This document shows, piece by piece, positions 20,769 through 28,824 of a stretch of 64,000 nt of DNA. Made by a program: the position numbers and the translations under genes. The stretch's first letter is position 1; each line of letters starts with the position of its first letter. The notes under the pieces are model-generated. The model had not been told where the DNA came from and did no database searches. It was given only the letters and a program-made list of their open reading frames with translations. Origin of the DNA: a virus (taxonomy: Duplodnaviria > Caudoviricetes); IMG/VR virus record IMGVR_UViG_3300032216_001476, positions 1 to 64,000 of that record. One strand, written 5' to 3'.

Positions 20769-21119
20769 TTATTTAAATGGTACTGCTAGATTTAAGTCTA
20801 GTAGTTCCTGGTTGATATGAAACTCAAAGTTAGGTCCATAATATATTTCAGATAAAGCTCTACCAAACGCATCAAGAGATCTACTCTTAATAAGTATGTT
20901 AGAACCTAATACTAGTTTGTCCATTACATATTGTTTAGCTTCTAGTGCTTTAAGTCTAACGTCTACATCTTTAGATTTTAGTTCAGGTGTATTTACACCA
21001 TAAAATCTACAATGTGATGTCCACTTAATTTTAAAACCTAAATCTATTGTAACATCAATAGTGTCTCCATCAACTATTTTGTTAACCACTGCTTCGTAAG
21101 TATATAAATTATTGATCAT
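20769..21119 (-). CDS. Thermonuclease (SNase) family
   Basis: IVDGDTID...RFYGVNTPE...DAFGRAL. Confidence 0.9.
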   Translation of the reverse strand: MINNLYTYEAVVNKIVDGDTIDVTIDLGFKIKWTSHCRFYGVNTPELKSKDVDVRLKALEAKQYVMDKLVLGSNILIKSRSLDAFGRALSEIYYGPNFEFHINQELLDLNLAVPFK

Positions 21120-21135
21120 AGTATAACTTTTATAA

Positions 21136-21342
21136 TTAACCTGTTGCTGCTTTTACTGCCCACATAGCTGCTTCTTCATAAGTTGTTTGTGCAAACTCTT
21201 TTAATCTGTGAACTTCAGCATCTGGCTTATTAATTAAATCTATTAGATTAATTAATTCTGCAGTTTTTTGTTTAATCTGATCCACAACAGAATCATTATT
21301 TGGATTAAACGTGGTTCTTACTCTTTGTTCTCCTTTAGTCAT
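21136..21342 (-). CDS. Acb2/Tad1-like helical hairpin protein (putative nucleotide sponge)
   Basis: C-terminal AQTTYEEAAMWAVKAAT resembles the Tad1/Acb2 helix. Confidence 0.55.
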   Translation of the reverse strand: MTKGEQRVRTTFNPNNDSVVDQIKQKTAELINLIDLINKPDAEVHRLKEFAQTTYEEAAMWAVKAATG

Positions 21343-21688
21343 GTAGATGGGTTTTTAAACTATGAATAATTTGCTTAAACAAATAGTCTTTAGACTTTTG
21401 TTCTGTAGGTAGTTCTTCGTATGGAAGAAAACAAGGATGTTCTTTTGTGTTAATATTTTTTATAGGACCATATTTCCACCCCTCTTCTTTTTTTTGTTTT
21501 AACCATGAGTCATGGCTATGAGAAGGAGTAGCATTAGGATTTTCTAAATGAAACTTAACACCATTAATTGCAGAACTTTTCTGCCAATCAGGTGCTTCTT
21601 CCCATGAAGATTGTGAGTTATCTCCAATACTTGTGCAAAATGCAGCGTTTACTTCGTGTGCTACTTTAGCAATTTGTTCTAGTGTCAT
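21335..21688 (-). CDS. RyR-domain protein
   Basis: HDSWLKQKKEEGWKYGP...KEHPCFLPYEELPTEQKSKD; likely start MTLEQ at 21688, avoiding overlap with upstream gene. Confidence 0.85.
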   Translation of the reverse strand: MTLEQIAKVAHEVNAAFCTSIGDNSQSSWEEAPDWQKSSAINGVKFHLENPNATPSHSHDSWLKQKKEEGWKYGPIKNINTKEHPCFLPYEELPTEQKSKDYLFKQIIHSLKTHLHD

Positions 21689-21698
21689 ATATGTTGAT

Positions 21699-22211
21699 TT
21701 ATTGATCGTATGCCAAATTCTGACCCCCTCTAACAGTGGATTTTTGTTCTTCTTCAAGATCTCTAAGTGTACCCTTAAAAGATTGACGTATTGCTTCAAA
21801 TTTTGCAGCTGCGTTTACAAGAGCTGTAATATTACCATCTCTACCATGTTCTATTTCTGTGGTTTCCATATATTTAGCGAGTCTGTCTAACATACTTTTA
21901 ATACCAGCGTATGCTCTATATGTAGGTGTTTCGTAGAGTTTTTTACAAAATGTAATAGCATCTACTATTACATCATCATCTGTAGAAAAATCTGCATCCA
22001 CTTCTTTAAGAATTAGTTCTTCTTTCTCCACTTCAGGTACATCAAAAAATGGATTTAAGTCTGGATTGGGACAAGTCATATAAAATAAATAAGCAAACAC
22101 TTTAGAAGACTCATCTCCATAATTGTCTATCACTGCTTTTAATGCTGATAATGTGTAACAATGTTCTGATGGAACCACTTTACCATTATGTATATCAAAT
22201 AATCTTATCAT
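21699..22211 (-). CDS. Conserved crAss-like protein (possible terminase small subunit)
   Basis: Helical, C-terminal VRGG motif, upstream of terL. Confidence 0.5.
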   Translation of the reverse strand: MIRLFDIHNGKVVPSEHCYTLSALKAVIDNYGDESSKVFAYLFYMTCPNPDLNPFFDVPEVEKEELILKEVDADFSTDDDVIVDAITFCKKLYETPTYRAYAGIKSMLDRLAKYMETTEIEHGRDGNITALVNAAAKFEAIRQSFKGTLRDLEEEQKSTVRGGQNLAYDQ

Positions 22212-22431
22212 CTTTTTTCCAATTATTAGGGATGTCTACATCCCAATCGTTACCATTCATAGGATTATCATAAATTCTAATATCATCTGAGTAGTAGTGT
22301 TTTATATGTCCACCTTTTAATCTAACTACCCATGTAGTATTTACATTAATCCCATAATCTATTAATAAATAAGCTTCCCCTTCACCGTGTGGTGTATGTA
22401 CAGGAAGTGGAGACGCAAACTCATGTATCAT
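22195..22431 (-). CDS. Hypothetical protein
   Basis: TPHGEGEAYLLIDYG...WVV conserved small phage family. Confidence 0.65.
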   Translation of the reverse strand: MIHEFASPLPVHTPHGEGEAYLLIDYGINVNTTWVVRLKGGHIKHYYSDDIRIYDNPMNGNDWDVDIPNNWKKDDKII

Positions 22432-23264
22432 TAATGCACCTTTAGTTTTTTACGATTGTCTTCTAACCAATGCAATAGAGATATAACTTCTGGTTTTAAA
22501 TAACTCAATGTATAAGGAACTACATCCTTTACAATTGGGTCACCATTACTATCTAAAGCAGTGATTGGGTTACCAAACTTATCTTCTCCTACAGTTTCAA
22601 AATGAATATGATGAATTGTAAGTTGTCCTGGTTTTAGTTTTGGGTTGTGCTTTAAGATCATATACATATACAAACTTAATTGTAATGTATAATGTGTAAG
22701 ATTACAATCATCTAGGTGACTTAAAGGAGGAAGCATTTTATTTATACTACCATCCCAGTTTTTAAAACCCTCTGTCTTAATCTCTTTGTTAGTTTTATAG
22801 TCTGTTATGTGCACCTCACCATTTATCACCTCTACTAAGTCTGATTGACCACATATACCAGATGATTTCAAATAAACAAGATGTTCAGGATAGACACCAT
22901 CTTCTAGTTTTTGATTAGGAGAGTATTTAATTCCATCAATTTCTATGGGTTTCACTATACTCACTTCTTTGTTTTTCCTACAAATAGTGTTTAGTTCACA
23001 ATATCCCTTCTCTTGTTTAGTATGATACCAACTACCTAGTGTTGTTGCTCTATTTGCTTCGTTTTTCCATGCGTTTTTTATATCCTCCACCTTCATCCCA
23101 TACCACTTACTCTTTTTGTTTTTTGAACTCTTCTCTGCTATTATATCTGCTTCAAATGGTTTTTTAAAATTACCTATAAAACTAGTTACGCTTATCCATT
23201 CAGTGAGATCTTCTTGGTTAAGACTTACATACTTATGGTTATCTGGCATAAACTTTAATATCAT
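22431..23264 (-). CDS. PD-(D/E)XK exonuclease
   Basis: CGQSDLV...ITDYKTNK...YTLQLSLY; start at ATGA overlap 23264. Confidence 0.85.
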   Translation of the reverse strand: MILKFMPDNHKYVSLNQEDLTEWISVTSFIGNFKKPFEADIIAEKSSKNKKSKWYGMKVEDIKNAWKNEANRATTLGSWYHTKQEKGYCELNTICRKNKEVSIVKPIEIDGIKYSPNQKLEDGVYPEHLVYLKSSGICGQSDLVEVINGEVHITDYKTNKEIKTEGFKNWDGSINKMLPPLSHLDDCNLTHYTLQLSLYMYMILKHNPKLKPGQLTIHHIHFETVGEDKFGNPITALDSNGDPIVKDVVPYTLSYLKPEVISLLHWLEDNRKKLKVH

Positions 23265-23590
23265 ATACCTAATTTCTGATTTAATACTCTTTCTTCCTCT
23301 ACAGTTAGTTCTGCTAACCATTTATCTTTAGGACAAGAAGAACTAAGACTTCGTGTTTTGAATTCCAAAGAACATCCACAACCCCCTTTGTCTTGATTAC
23401 AACAAGGACCTGTACCCTTCACCATACAACCATCTCCTATTTCATCATAGAGAGTACAAGTTTTACAAATAGTCATCCTTAAATTGGCAATATGTTCAAC
23501 ATCATCTCTTTTAAAAATGTTATTCTTAATACCCTCAAGTATTGCCCCCTTGTTCTTCCATATCTGTATTATGTTTTCTTTTAGACTCAT
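23261..23590 (-). CDS. Cys-rich zinc-binding protein
   Basis: R..IC..C...CC...GCGC.L..K.....CP..KW. Confidence 0.7.
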   Translation of the reverse strand: MSLKENIIQIWKNKGAILEGIKNNIFKRDDVEHIANLRMTICKTCTLYDEIGDGCMVKGTGPCCNQDKGGCGCSLEFKTRSLSSSCPKDKWLAELTVEEERVLNQKLGI

Positions 23591-23957
23591 TGGTTATCTT
23601 TTTATGTAGGGATATAAAATCTTTCTTTTGTTTCTCTTCTTCTAGTAGTAACTTCAAAGATGATAACATTTCAATTGATTCTTTTATCTTATACCTATCG
23701 TTTAAAACTTCTAACCCTTTCTGATTATTGTTCTCAATTGCTTTATTTAGACTCTCTATTCTCTTCTCTAGTTTCCAGTATTTCAAATTGAAATCACCTA
23801 GGTTTTCTATATGTATTTTAGAATGTGTAAGAGATTTGAGGTTTTTTCTTATTTCTTCCCAATAAAAAAACACTACATCTTTTACTAGTTCTTCAGGAAA
23901 ACCTAAATCACTCGCTATCTGTGGTATCAACTCCTTTGCCTTCTTTGGACGCAACAC
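23535..23957 (-). CDS. HU/IHF-like DNA-binding protein
   Basis: KELIPQIASDLGFPEELVKDVV...IHIENLGDF. Confidence 0.6.
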   Translation of the reverse strand: MLRPKKAKELIPQIASDLGFPEELVKDVVFFYWEEIRKNLKSLTHSKIHIENLGDFNLKYWKLEKRIESLNKAIENNNQKGLEVLNDRYKIKESIEMLSSLKLLLEEEKQKKDFISLHKKITNESKRKHNTDMEEQGGNT

Positions 23958-24306
23958 TTAGAAATTTAAAATCAAGTAATATATTGCCATTTGAATGTAT
24001 ATTCATCTGAGGATGCACTTTGATTTTTTTCTTATTCTTACCTTCCTTCACAACAAGATTTTTCTTAGCTGCCTTTGTTAAACAGTTTCTAACACTTTGA
24101 GGTGAGGAAAATATCTTTTTGAAAAACACTTTATCGCAAAAAGAAGTGAGTTCTTGTTCTCCTTCTAATGCTAAGAAAGTGAGACAATCAAGATCTGATT
24201 CACTTATTTGCACCTTATATATATAACAATGTGTTAGAATCTGAAACTTGACAATATCCCAAGTCGTCATCATGGTTCTTTTGTCCACTTGGTTTACTAA
24301 TGCCAT
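23908..24306 (-). CDS. Winged-helix-like hypothetical protein
   Basis: SPQSVRNCLTKAAKKNLVVK; co-oriented in operon. Confidence 0.5.
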   Translation of the reverse strand: MALVNQVDKRTMMTTWDIVKFQILTHCYIYKVQISESDLDCLTFLALEGEQELTSFCDKVFFKKIFSSPQSVRNCLTKAAKKNLVVKEGKNKKKIKVHPQMNIHSNGNILLDFKFLSVASKEGKGVDTTDSE

Positions 24307-24324
24307 CTTAAATTATTTAGTTTT

Positions 24325-24720
24325 TTATTTCTTTTTAAGAGAACGCTGCTTTGTTTCTTCATTGGTCTTAGACGGGGAAAAAACAGGTTTTTGTACATCG
24401 TCTTCTTTAGGGATGATAACTTCATCTCCCACTTTTAACCCTTGTTCAGCAAGTTCTGGGTTAGACCTCATATCTTCTTCTGTAATAGTGTGAGGTATAC
24501 CACCCTCATAATACTGAGCGTTATCTTCACTAGTATTTTGTTTAGAATTAGTCAATTGTCCCATATAAGCAATTGACTTAAGTTCTTCAAACCTAGCCTT
24601 TGCAAGAGAAGTGTTCAACTCTTGTAGTTTTAGTTGGAACTCTTTCACCTCAATTTGCTCTTTAAGAAAAGCAATCACTTCTTCTTTACTTGGTACTTTT
24701 TCTTCTGGTTGTTGGTTCAT
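24325..24720 (-). CDS. Hypothetical protein
   Basis: Coiled coil plus HTITEED...NPEL...GLKVGD motif. Confidence 0.65.
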   Translation of the reverse strand: MNQQPEEKVPSKEEVIAFLKEQIEVKEFQLKLQELNTSLAKARFEELKSIAYMGQLTNSKQNTSEDNAQYYEGGIPHTITEEDMRSNPELAEQGLKVGDEVIIPKEDDVQKPVFSPSKTNEETKQRSLKKK

Positions 24721-24732
24721 TTTGTTAAGTTT

Positions 24733-25014
24733 TTAGAGTTGTTGTTTTTTTTCTATTTTGTTTACAAACTCCTTGTATGTTTCTACAAAGTCTTCAAAGT
24801 TTGTATCTATTATATAGGTGTCACCATAGTCTGTAAAAATAGTGGTGCAGTTGTAGGTGAGTTCTTCATAATCATCACTGGTTAGTTTCATAGCTGCCAC
24901 TATATCCATATTAAATGCAAAAGGCATCCACTTACCAAGATCTTTATCCAAACCCATTAGTTCTGATTGTTCAGGATCAATACTATGACAATGGATGTTA
25001 CATTCATGTACCAT
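24733..25014 (-). CDS. Hypothetical protein
   Basis: Co-oriented ORF with tight spacing. Confidence 0.65.
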   Translation of the reverse strand: MVHECNIHCHSIDPEQSELMGLDKDLGKWMPFAFNMDIVAAMKLTSDDYEELTYNCTTIFTDYGDTYIIDTNFEDFVETYKEFVNKIEKKQQL

Positions 25015-25017
25015 TTT

Positions 25018-25230
25018 TTATTTGTTTTTGGGTGATTTATGATAATCGTTGTACGAAATGTACTTACTTGTGTTTTGAGACTTGACCATTTGTTGTGCTA
25101 ACAACCTCTCAGCAATACCATCACTAGCGTATACTACGGGGATGTTTATAGGATTACCATATTTATCCTCGTTTTGGATGTAGTGACTATCACTGTTTTC
25201 TTCTGCTTTTACTATTTTCTTGTTGGTCAT
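25018..25230 (-). CDS. Hypothetical protein
   Basis: Directly downstream of a late promoter motif. Confidence 0.55.
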   Translation of the reverse strand: MTNKKIVKAEENSDSHYIQNEDKYGNPINIPVVYASDGIAERLLAQQMVKSQNTSKYISYNDYHKSPKNK

Positions 25231-25245
25231 AATAACATTACATTA

Positions 25246-25280
25246 TAATATACTAATAAAGTTTAAACCCTACAAATTTA
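25246..25280 (-). promoter_or_regulatory. Putative late promoter with extended element
   Basis: Minus strand TAAATTTGTAGGGTTTAAACTTTATTAGTATATTA. Confidence 0.55.
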
Positions 25281-25393
25281 TAATAATATTATAAGATGTA
25301 CTGTTGTTATTTACACACATACAAAAAACACACCTATAGTATACAAATAGTACACTCTATATAGATGTGTTACAATAAAATGATTGTGAATAT

Positions 25394-26047
25394 TTAGATG
25401 TTATACTCGTAATCTAGTATAGCTCCCACTAAGTCAGACCTGTGGTTTTCTTTGAGTTTGATATATTCTATACCCTTGAGCTTCTTAGACATTTCTATAA
25501 CGTATTTAAGACCATTAATACCATTATCCCTGATATCGGTTTGTTCTAGGTCTCCATTTATTATAATCTTACCTGTCTTACCAAGTCTAGTAAGAATAGC
25601 TAACATCTGTGCTTTGGTGAGGTTTTGTGCTTCCTCCACTATAAGTATATCATCTATAGTTTTACCCCTAATAAACTGCACAGGATATGCTTGTACTTTT
25701 TGATCTTGTATAAGTTGTGTTATCTTCACCTTATCATAGCACTTGGTGAGGTTTTCCATAAAAGCCTCTAAATAAGGATTAAACTTCTCTGTTAATCCCC
25801 CAGGAAGAAACCCCAAAGAATTACCCACCTCTATAGTGGCTCTAGTAACATATATAACATCTATCTGTTTCTTAAAGAGAAAATCTAACGCAGCTTGTGC
25901 AGACACTAAAGACTTCCCACACCCAGCTCTACCAGTAATAATAACTATTTGATTTTCCACTATAAGTTTCTTAGCTAACTTCTGCTCATCATTAAGTTGC
26001 AATTGATACTTAATATCAGTTTTACGTTCTCTATTTGGTTCCTTCAT
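25394..26047 (-). CDS. phoH: PhoH-like ATPase
   Basis: GRAGCGKS, LGFLPG, RGKT, EEAQN, LTRLG, GDLEQTD, HRS; likely start MKEPNR at 26047. Confidence 0.95.
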   Translation of the reverse strand: MKEPNRERKTDIKYQLQLNDEQKLAKKLIVENQIVIITGRAGCGKSLVSAQAALDFLFKKQIDVIYVTRATIEVGNSLGFLPGGLTEKFNPYLEAFMENLTKCYDKVKITQLIQDQKVQAYPVQFIRGKTIDDILIVEEAQNLTKAQMLAILTRLGKTGKIIINGDLEQTDIRDNGINGLKYVIEMSKKLKGIEYIKLKENHRSDLVGAILDYEYNI

Positions 26048-26067
26048 ACTACTAATATACAAATAAT

Positions 26068-26220
26068 CCCCCTAAAAAACAACCCCCCTATTTTACCTTT
26101 ATATAAACATACCCCCCATATAAAATACCCCCCGTATATAAAATACAGTCTATGTAGTAGGTTGTGATGGGGTATTCAATTTATAACCCCTACTCAGTCT
26201 TGGCGTAGAGTGTACCCCCG
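26068..26220. repeat. Poly-C tract repeats at the strand-divergence point
   Basis: C5/C6 runs at 26068, 26083, 26112, 26128, 26215; ATATAAAATACCCCCC-like unit repeated. Confidence 0.75.
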
Positions 26221-26259
26221 TACATTCTATTGCAGTTTAATTAACTTAAAAATTAAAAA

Positions 26260-26544
26260 ATGAAACTTGAATTGAAAGTATCGAAGTGTACCTTAAACAA
26301 CAAGAAAAATGGATACGTACTTTCCCTCCGTACAGAGGGAAAGAAAGTTGAGATTTTTCCTGGAATGTTTAAGGAAACACCAGGTCAATTGTTCTTAATG
26401 TCTTTCAAACATCCTATTCCCGAAGGAACGCCCACATCAATTGATTTGGATTTATTCCAAATCAAGGAAGACAAGAGTATTGTGAAGGATAGAATAACTG
26501 GCGAGGACATTACCTTGACAAACAAGTGGCTATGGCTCAAGTAG
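26260..26544 (+). CDS. First early gene, hypothetical (beta-rich)
   Basis: A-rich leader, followed by a terminator. Confidence 0.7.
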   Translation: MKLELKVSKCTLNNKKNGYVLSLRTEGKKVEIFPGMFKETPGQLFLMSFKHPIPEGTPTSIDLDLFQIKEDKSIVKDRITGEDITLTNKWLWLK

Positions 26545-26555
26545 AGCCACTTGTT

Positions 26556-26592
26556 AATACCACACTGCAGAAATGTAGTGTGGTATTTTTTT
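26556..26592 (+). terminator. Intrinsic terminator
   Basis: AATACCACACTGCA-GAAA-TGTAGTGTGGTATT plus T tract. Confidence 0.8.
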
Positions 26593-26599
26593 AGCTAAT

Positions 26600-26630
26600 T
26601 GACTATGTCAGTGCAAGTGACTATGTCAGT
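26600..26630. repeat. Tandem palindromic sites TGACTATGTCAGT x2
   Basis: Exact 13-mers at 26600 and 26618, each containing TGAC-N3-GTCA. Confidence 0.75.
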
Positions 26631-26769
26631 ATAAAAAGTTTTAAATTTTTAATTAAACAAACGTTATAACTAATTGATAATCAGTTAGTTATGTGTTAAT
26701 TTGTGTGTGCTAGGTATTCTCAACATCCTATCATCAATTCACAAAAAACACCTAATCTCACTAAAAATA

Positions 26770-26787
26770 GTGGATTAGATAGCTATA
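26770..26787. promoter_or_regulatory. 18-bp operator-like motif, copy 2
   Basis: GTGGATTAGATAGCTATA. Confidence 0.55.
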
Positions 26788-26973
26788 TAGTATTAATGCG
26801 TCATAACCATCTTCTCAAGGGATGGCAGATGTATATACTCTTGAGTAAGTCCTAAACTTAATTGTTACCAGTAAGCCTTACGTGGAATTATCGCCACAGA
26901 TGTAAGCATGGTGTTTAGGGTTCTAGTGTTTAATCACAAAAGAGTATATACAACTGAACGCAGAGAGATACTA
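26788..26973 (+). ncRNA. Twister ribozyme (type P1) with large P5 insertion
   Basis: P1 TAGTAT/ATACTA, UAA, P2 TGCG/CGCA, P4 CCATC/GATGG, loop (T)TCTCAAGG, 3' GA-GAG pseudoknot partner. Confidence 0.75.
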
Positions 26974-27107
26974 GTGTATACATAATACAACCAAGCCGTG
27001 AAAATCTATCAGTCCTGACCGTCTATGTACGAGGAACCAGAAACAAGTTTTCTGCTATTAGGAATTATGGAGCTGATATCTCCCTGGTTAATGTATTGTG
27101 TATACAC
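26974..27107 (+). ncRNA. Candidate multi-stem ncRNA
   Basis: 16-bp closing helix GTGTATACATAATACA/TGTATTGTGTATACAC with internal hairpins. Confidence 0.55.
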
Positions 27108-27142
27108 ACCTTTGTTTTTATTAATCACCAAATTCATATAGT

Positions 27143-27337
27143 ATGAATGTATTAGTTGAACATTATGTAAGATTGAGTAATGGTAATACCGAGTATAAAA
27201 ATGGTAAACCAGTAACAACCACCACTGTACTCAAGCTTCCGATTAAATTTGGATATGATCATTTTAGCAAACCTATGGTTGTGTTAAACCATAATATCCA
27301 AGTAGAAGATATAGTTAATATAACTCAGGTTGATTAA
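27143..27337 (+). CDS. Hypothetical early protein
   Basis: ORF between structured modules. Confidence 0.55.
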   Translation: MNVLVEHYVRLSNGNTEYKNGKPVTTTTVLKLPIKFGYDHFSKPMVVLNHNIQVEDIVNITQVD

Positions 27338-27340
27338 TTA

Positions 27341-27500
27341 TATCTGAATACTCACTCTATCTGATCAATAGAGACTTTGCTATCGTGGCATTGTAAAATA
27401 AGAGTTATGGGTAACAACCATAAATGTTTGATATGACTCGAAACAAGGGTGAAGACCGTCCTAATAGGGTAAAACTAATCCTGTAATCAAACTTCAGGTA
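27341..27500 (+). ncRNA. Candidate multi-stem ncRNA
   Basis: TATCTGAA/TTCAGGTA closing stem; hairpins CTCTAT/ATAGAG and TTATGG/CCATAA; stem GTTTGAT/ATCAAAC. Confidence 0.45.
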
Positions 27501-27540
27501 AATTTCTTTTCTGTTAATTATTCACCAAACTTTAAATAAT

Positions 27541-27699
27541 ATGTCTACATACAATGAAGTAGAAAGACTAATTGATAAACTCCTAAAAGCAAAAATGGAG
27601 TTTGAAGAGGACTATCAAAAAGGAAAACTTGATGAAAAAACATTTGCGTTACTATGTGACTTTATTGACGCAAGTGTTATAATGTTGTCAGAGTCTTAA
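27541..27699 (+). CDS. 52-aa hypothetical protein
   Basis: Manual translation MSTYNEVERLIDKLLKAKMEFEEDYQKGKLDEKTFALLCDFIDASVIMLSES. Confidence 0.6.
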   Translation: MSTYNEVERLIDKLLKAKMEFEEDYQKGKLDEKTFALLCDFIDASVIMLSES

Positions 27700-27871
27700 A
27701 TTTTTTTACCATATAATGGATGCATACGTTATATGGTAGTTTAACCACTATAATCAATTTATTGATTATCACTAAAGTCACTGTATTTATACAGAATATG
27801 TGTGGTGGTTTAAACAAGCAAGTAGACAAAATCGCACCTTGCTTCTATTTTATATGTAAAACTTAAGTCCC

Positions 27872-27973
27872 TGGAAAGGGTTTCTCCGATTGTAGGCTAT
27901 GGAGTGTAATATAAAACAACCTTCCAATGGTGGTAACGAATCCACCCATCCTGAGCATGATGTAAAACTGCTT
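27872..27973 (+). ncRNA. Candidate ncRNA ending in an H-type pseudoknot
   Basis: TGGAA..GGTT/AACCTTCCA, GGTGG/CCACC, then CATC-CTGAGCAT-GATG-TAAAAC-TGCT. Confidence 0.5.
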
Positions 27974-28009
27974 ATAGATTAGTATTTTTTGTTTTTGTTT
28001 GTTTAGTAA

Positions 28010-28110
28010 ATGAAACACAACATCCCTAAAAAGGAGAAATGTTGAGCTCTCTCTCATCGGGGATACTATACTGTATAGTTAGCATAAAGAAGTCCCTTGT
28101 TGTGTTTCAT
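28010..28110 (+). ncRNA. Candidate multi-stem ncRNA
   Basis: Perfect 13-bp closing helix ATGAAACACAACA/TGTTGTGTTTCAT. Confidence 0.5.
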
Positions 28111-28135
28111 ATTTTTTAATCATTAAACCTGAAAT

Positions 28136-28402
28136 ATGGAAAATGTAATCTACTTGTGTGTATATAACAAAGACTTAAGTATATACGCATGGTCTAAACA
28201 CGTAACTAATGCTATAGGCAAAATAATTACACGTGTTAAGACAGATGGATCTGATGTCACAATTGCTACGATAAGAACAAGTGACAAAAAGATTCTTAAC
28301 AAACAAACACTTTCTAAGTATTGGGCTGACAATCTTAGAAAACAAAAAGAATTTCAGCTTAACGGTGAAGCTGCCGAAATGTTTAACTCAATTCAATCTT
28401 AA
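28136..28402 (+). CDS. Hypothetical early protein
   Basis: ORF in early cluster. Confidence 0.6.
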   Translation: MENVIYLCVYNKDLSIYAWSKHVTNAIGKIITRVKTDGSDVTIATIRTSDKKILNKQTLSKYWADNLRKQKEFQLNGEAAEMFNSIQS

Positions 28403-28624
28403 ATGAATAGCGTGAAAAAATGGTCTTTAAACGTTTTTGACCAAAAAAAGAAAAACGAAATAGAGTCTTATTTGTTGAACAATGCGGGTAGTCTTAGTAT
28501 GATAACTACAGCACACGCATTGTCAAAACATTTAGACAAAGATGATTCAATAACTCTTGTTGGTGATGACAACACCACAATTGAAATTGAAAACAATGAT
28601 AATGAAATAGTTTTTAACCTTTAA
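28403..28624 (+). CDS. Hypothetical early protein
   Basis: Abuts previous stop codon. Confidence 0.6.
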   Translation: MNSVKKWSLNVFDQKKKNEIESYLLNNAGSLSMITTAHALSKHLDKDDSITLVGDDNTTIEIENNDNEIVFNL

Positions 28625-28637
28625 AACAAACAAACAA

Positions 28638-28823
28638 ATGAAGTATTTACTAAAGATATTGGGATTGTCTCTTCTAGCAATCCCAATATTTATTTGGTTC
28701 GCACTTGTAACAGTATGGACTTTTAACACTTACAAAATAGAAGAATTCTATGAAAACTATTCATGGGGCATAAGAAAAAATTATAGAAAAATATTTCCTT
28801 ACAAATCAAAAAACACTTTTTAG
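28638..28823 (+). CDS. Small membrane protein
   Basis: N-terminal TM helix. Confidence 0.6.
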   Translation: MKYLLKILGLSLLAIPIFIWFALVTVWTFNTYKIEEFYENYSWGIRKNYRKIFPYKSKNTF

Positions 28824-28824
28824 T

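Noticed and set aside
21689-21799. N-terminal extensions in the ORF track (also 23265-23321, 42137-42184, 44371-44415, 45993-46016)
   Set aside because: They overlap neighbouring genes or promoters, or lack a good leader; downstream ATGs fit better
27009-28057. Minus-strand ORFs 27009-27218 and 27863-28057
   Set aside because: Opposite to local transcription and overlapping structured RNA modules; no protein-like signal
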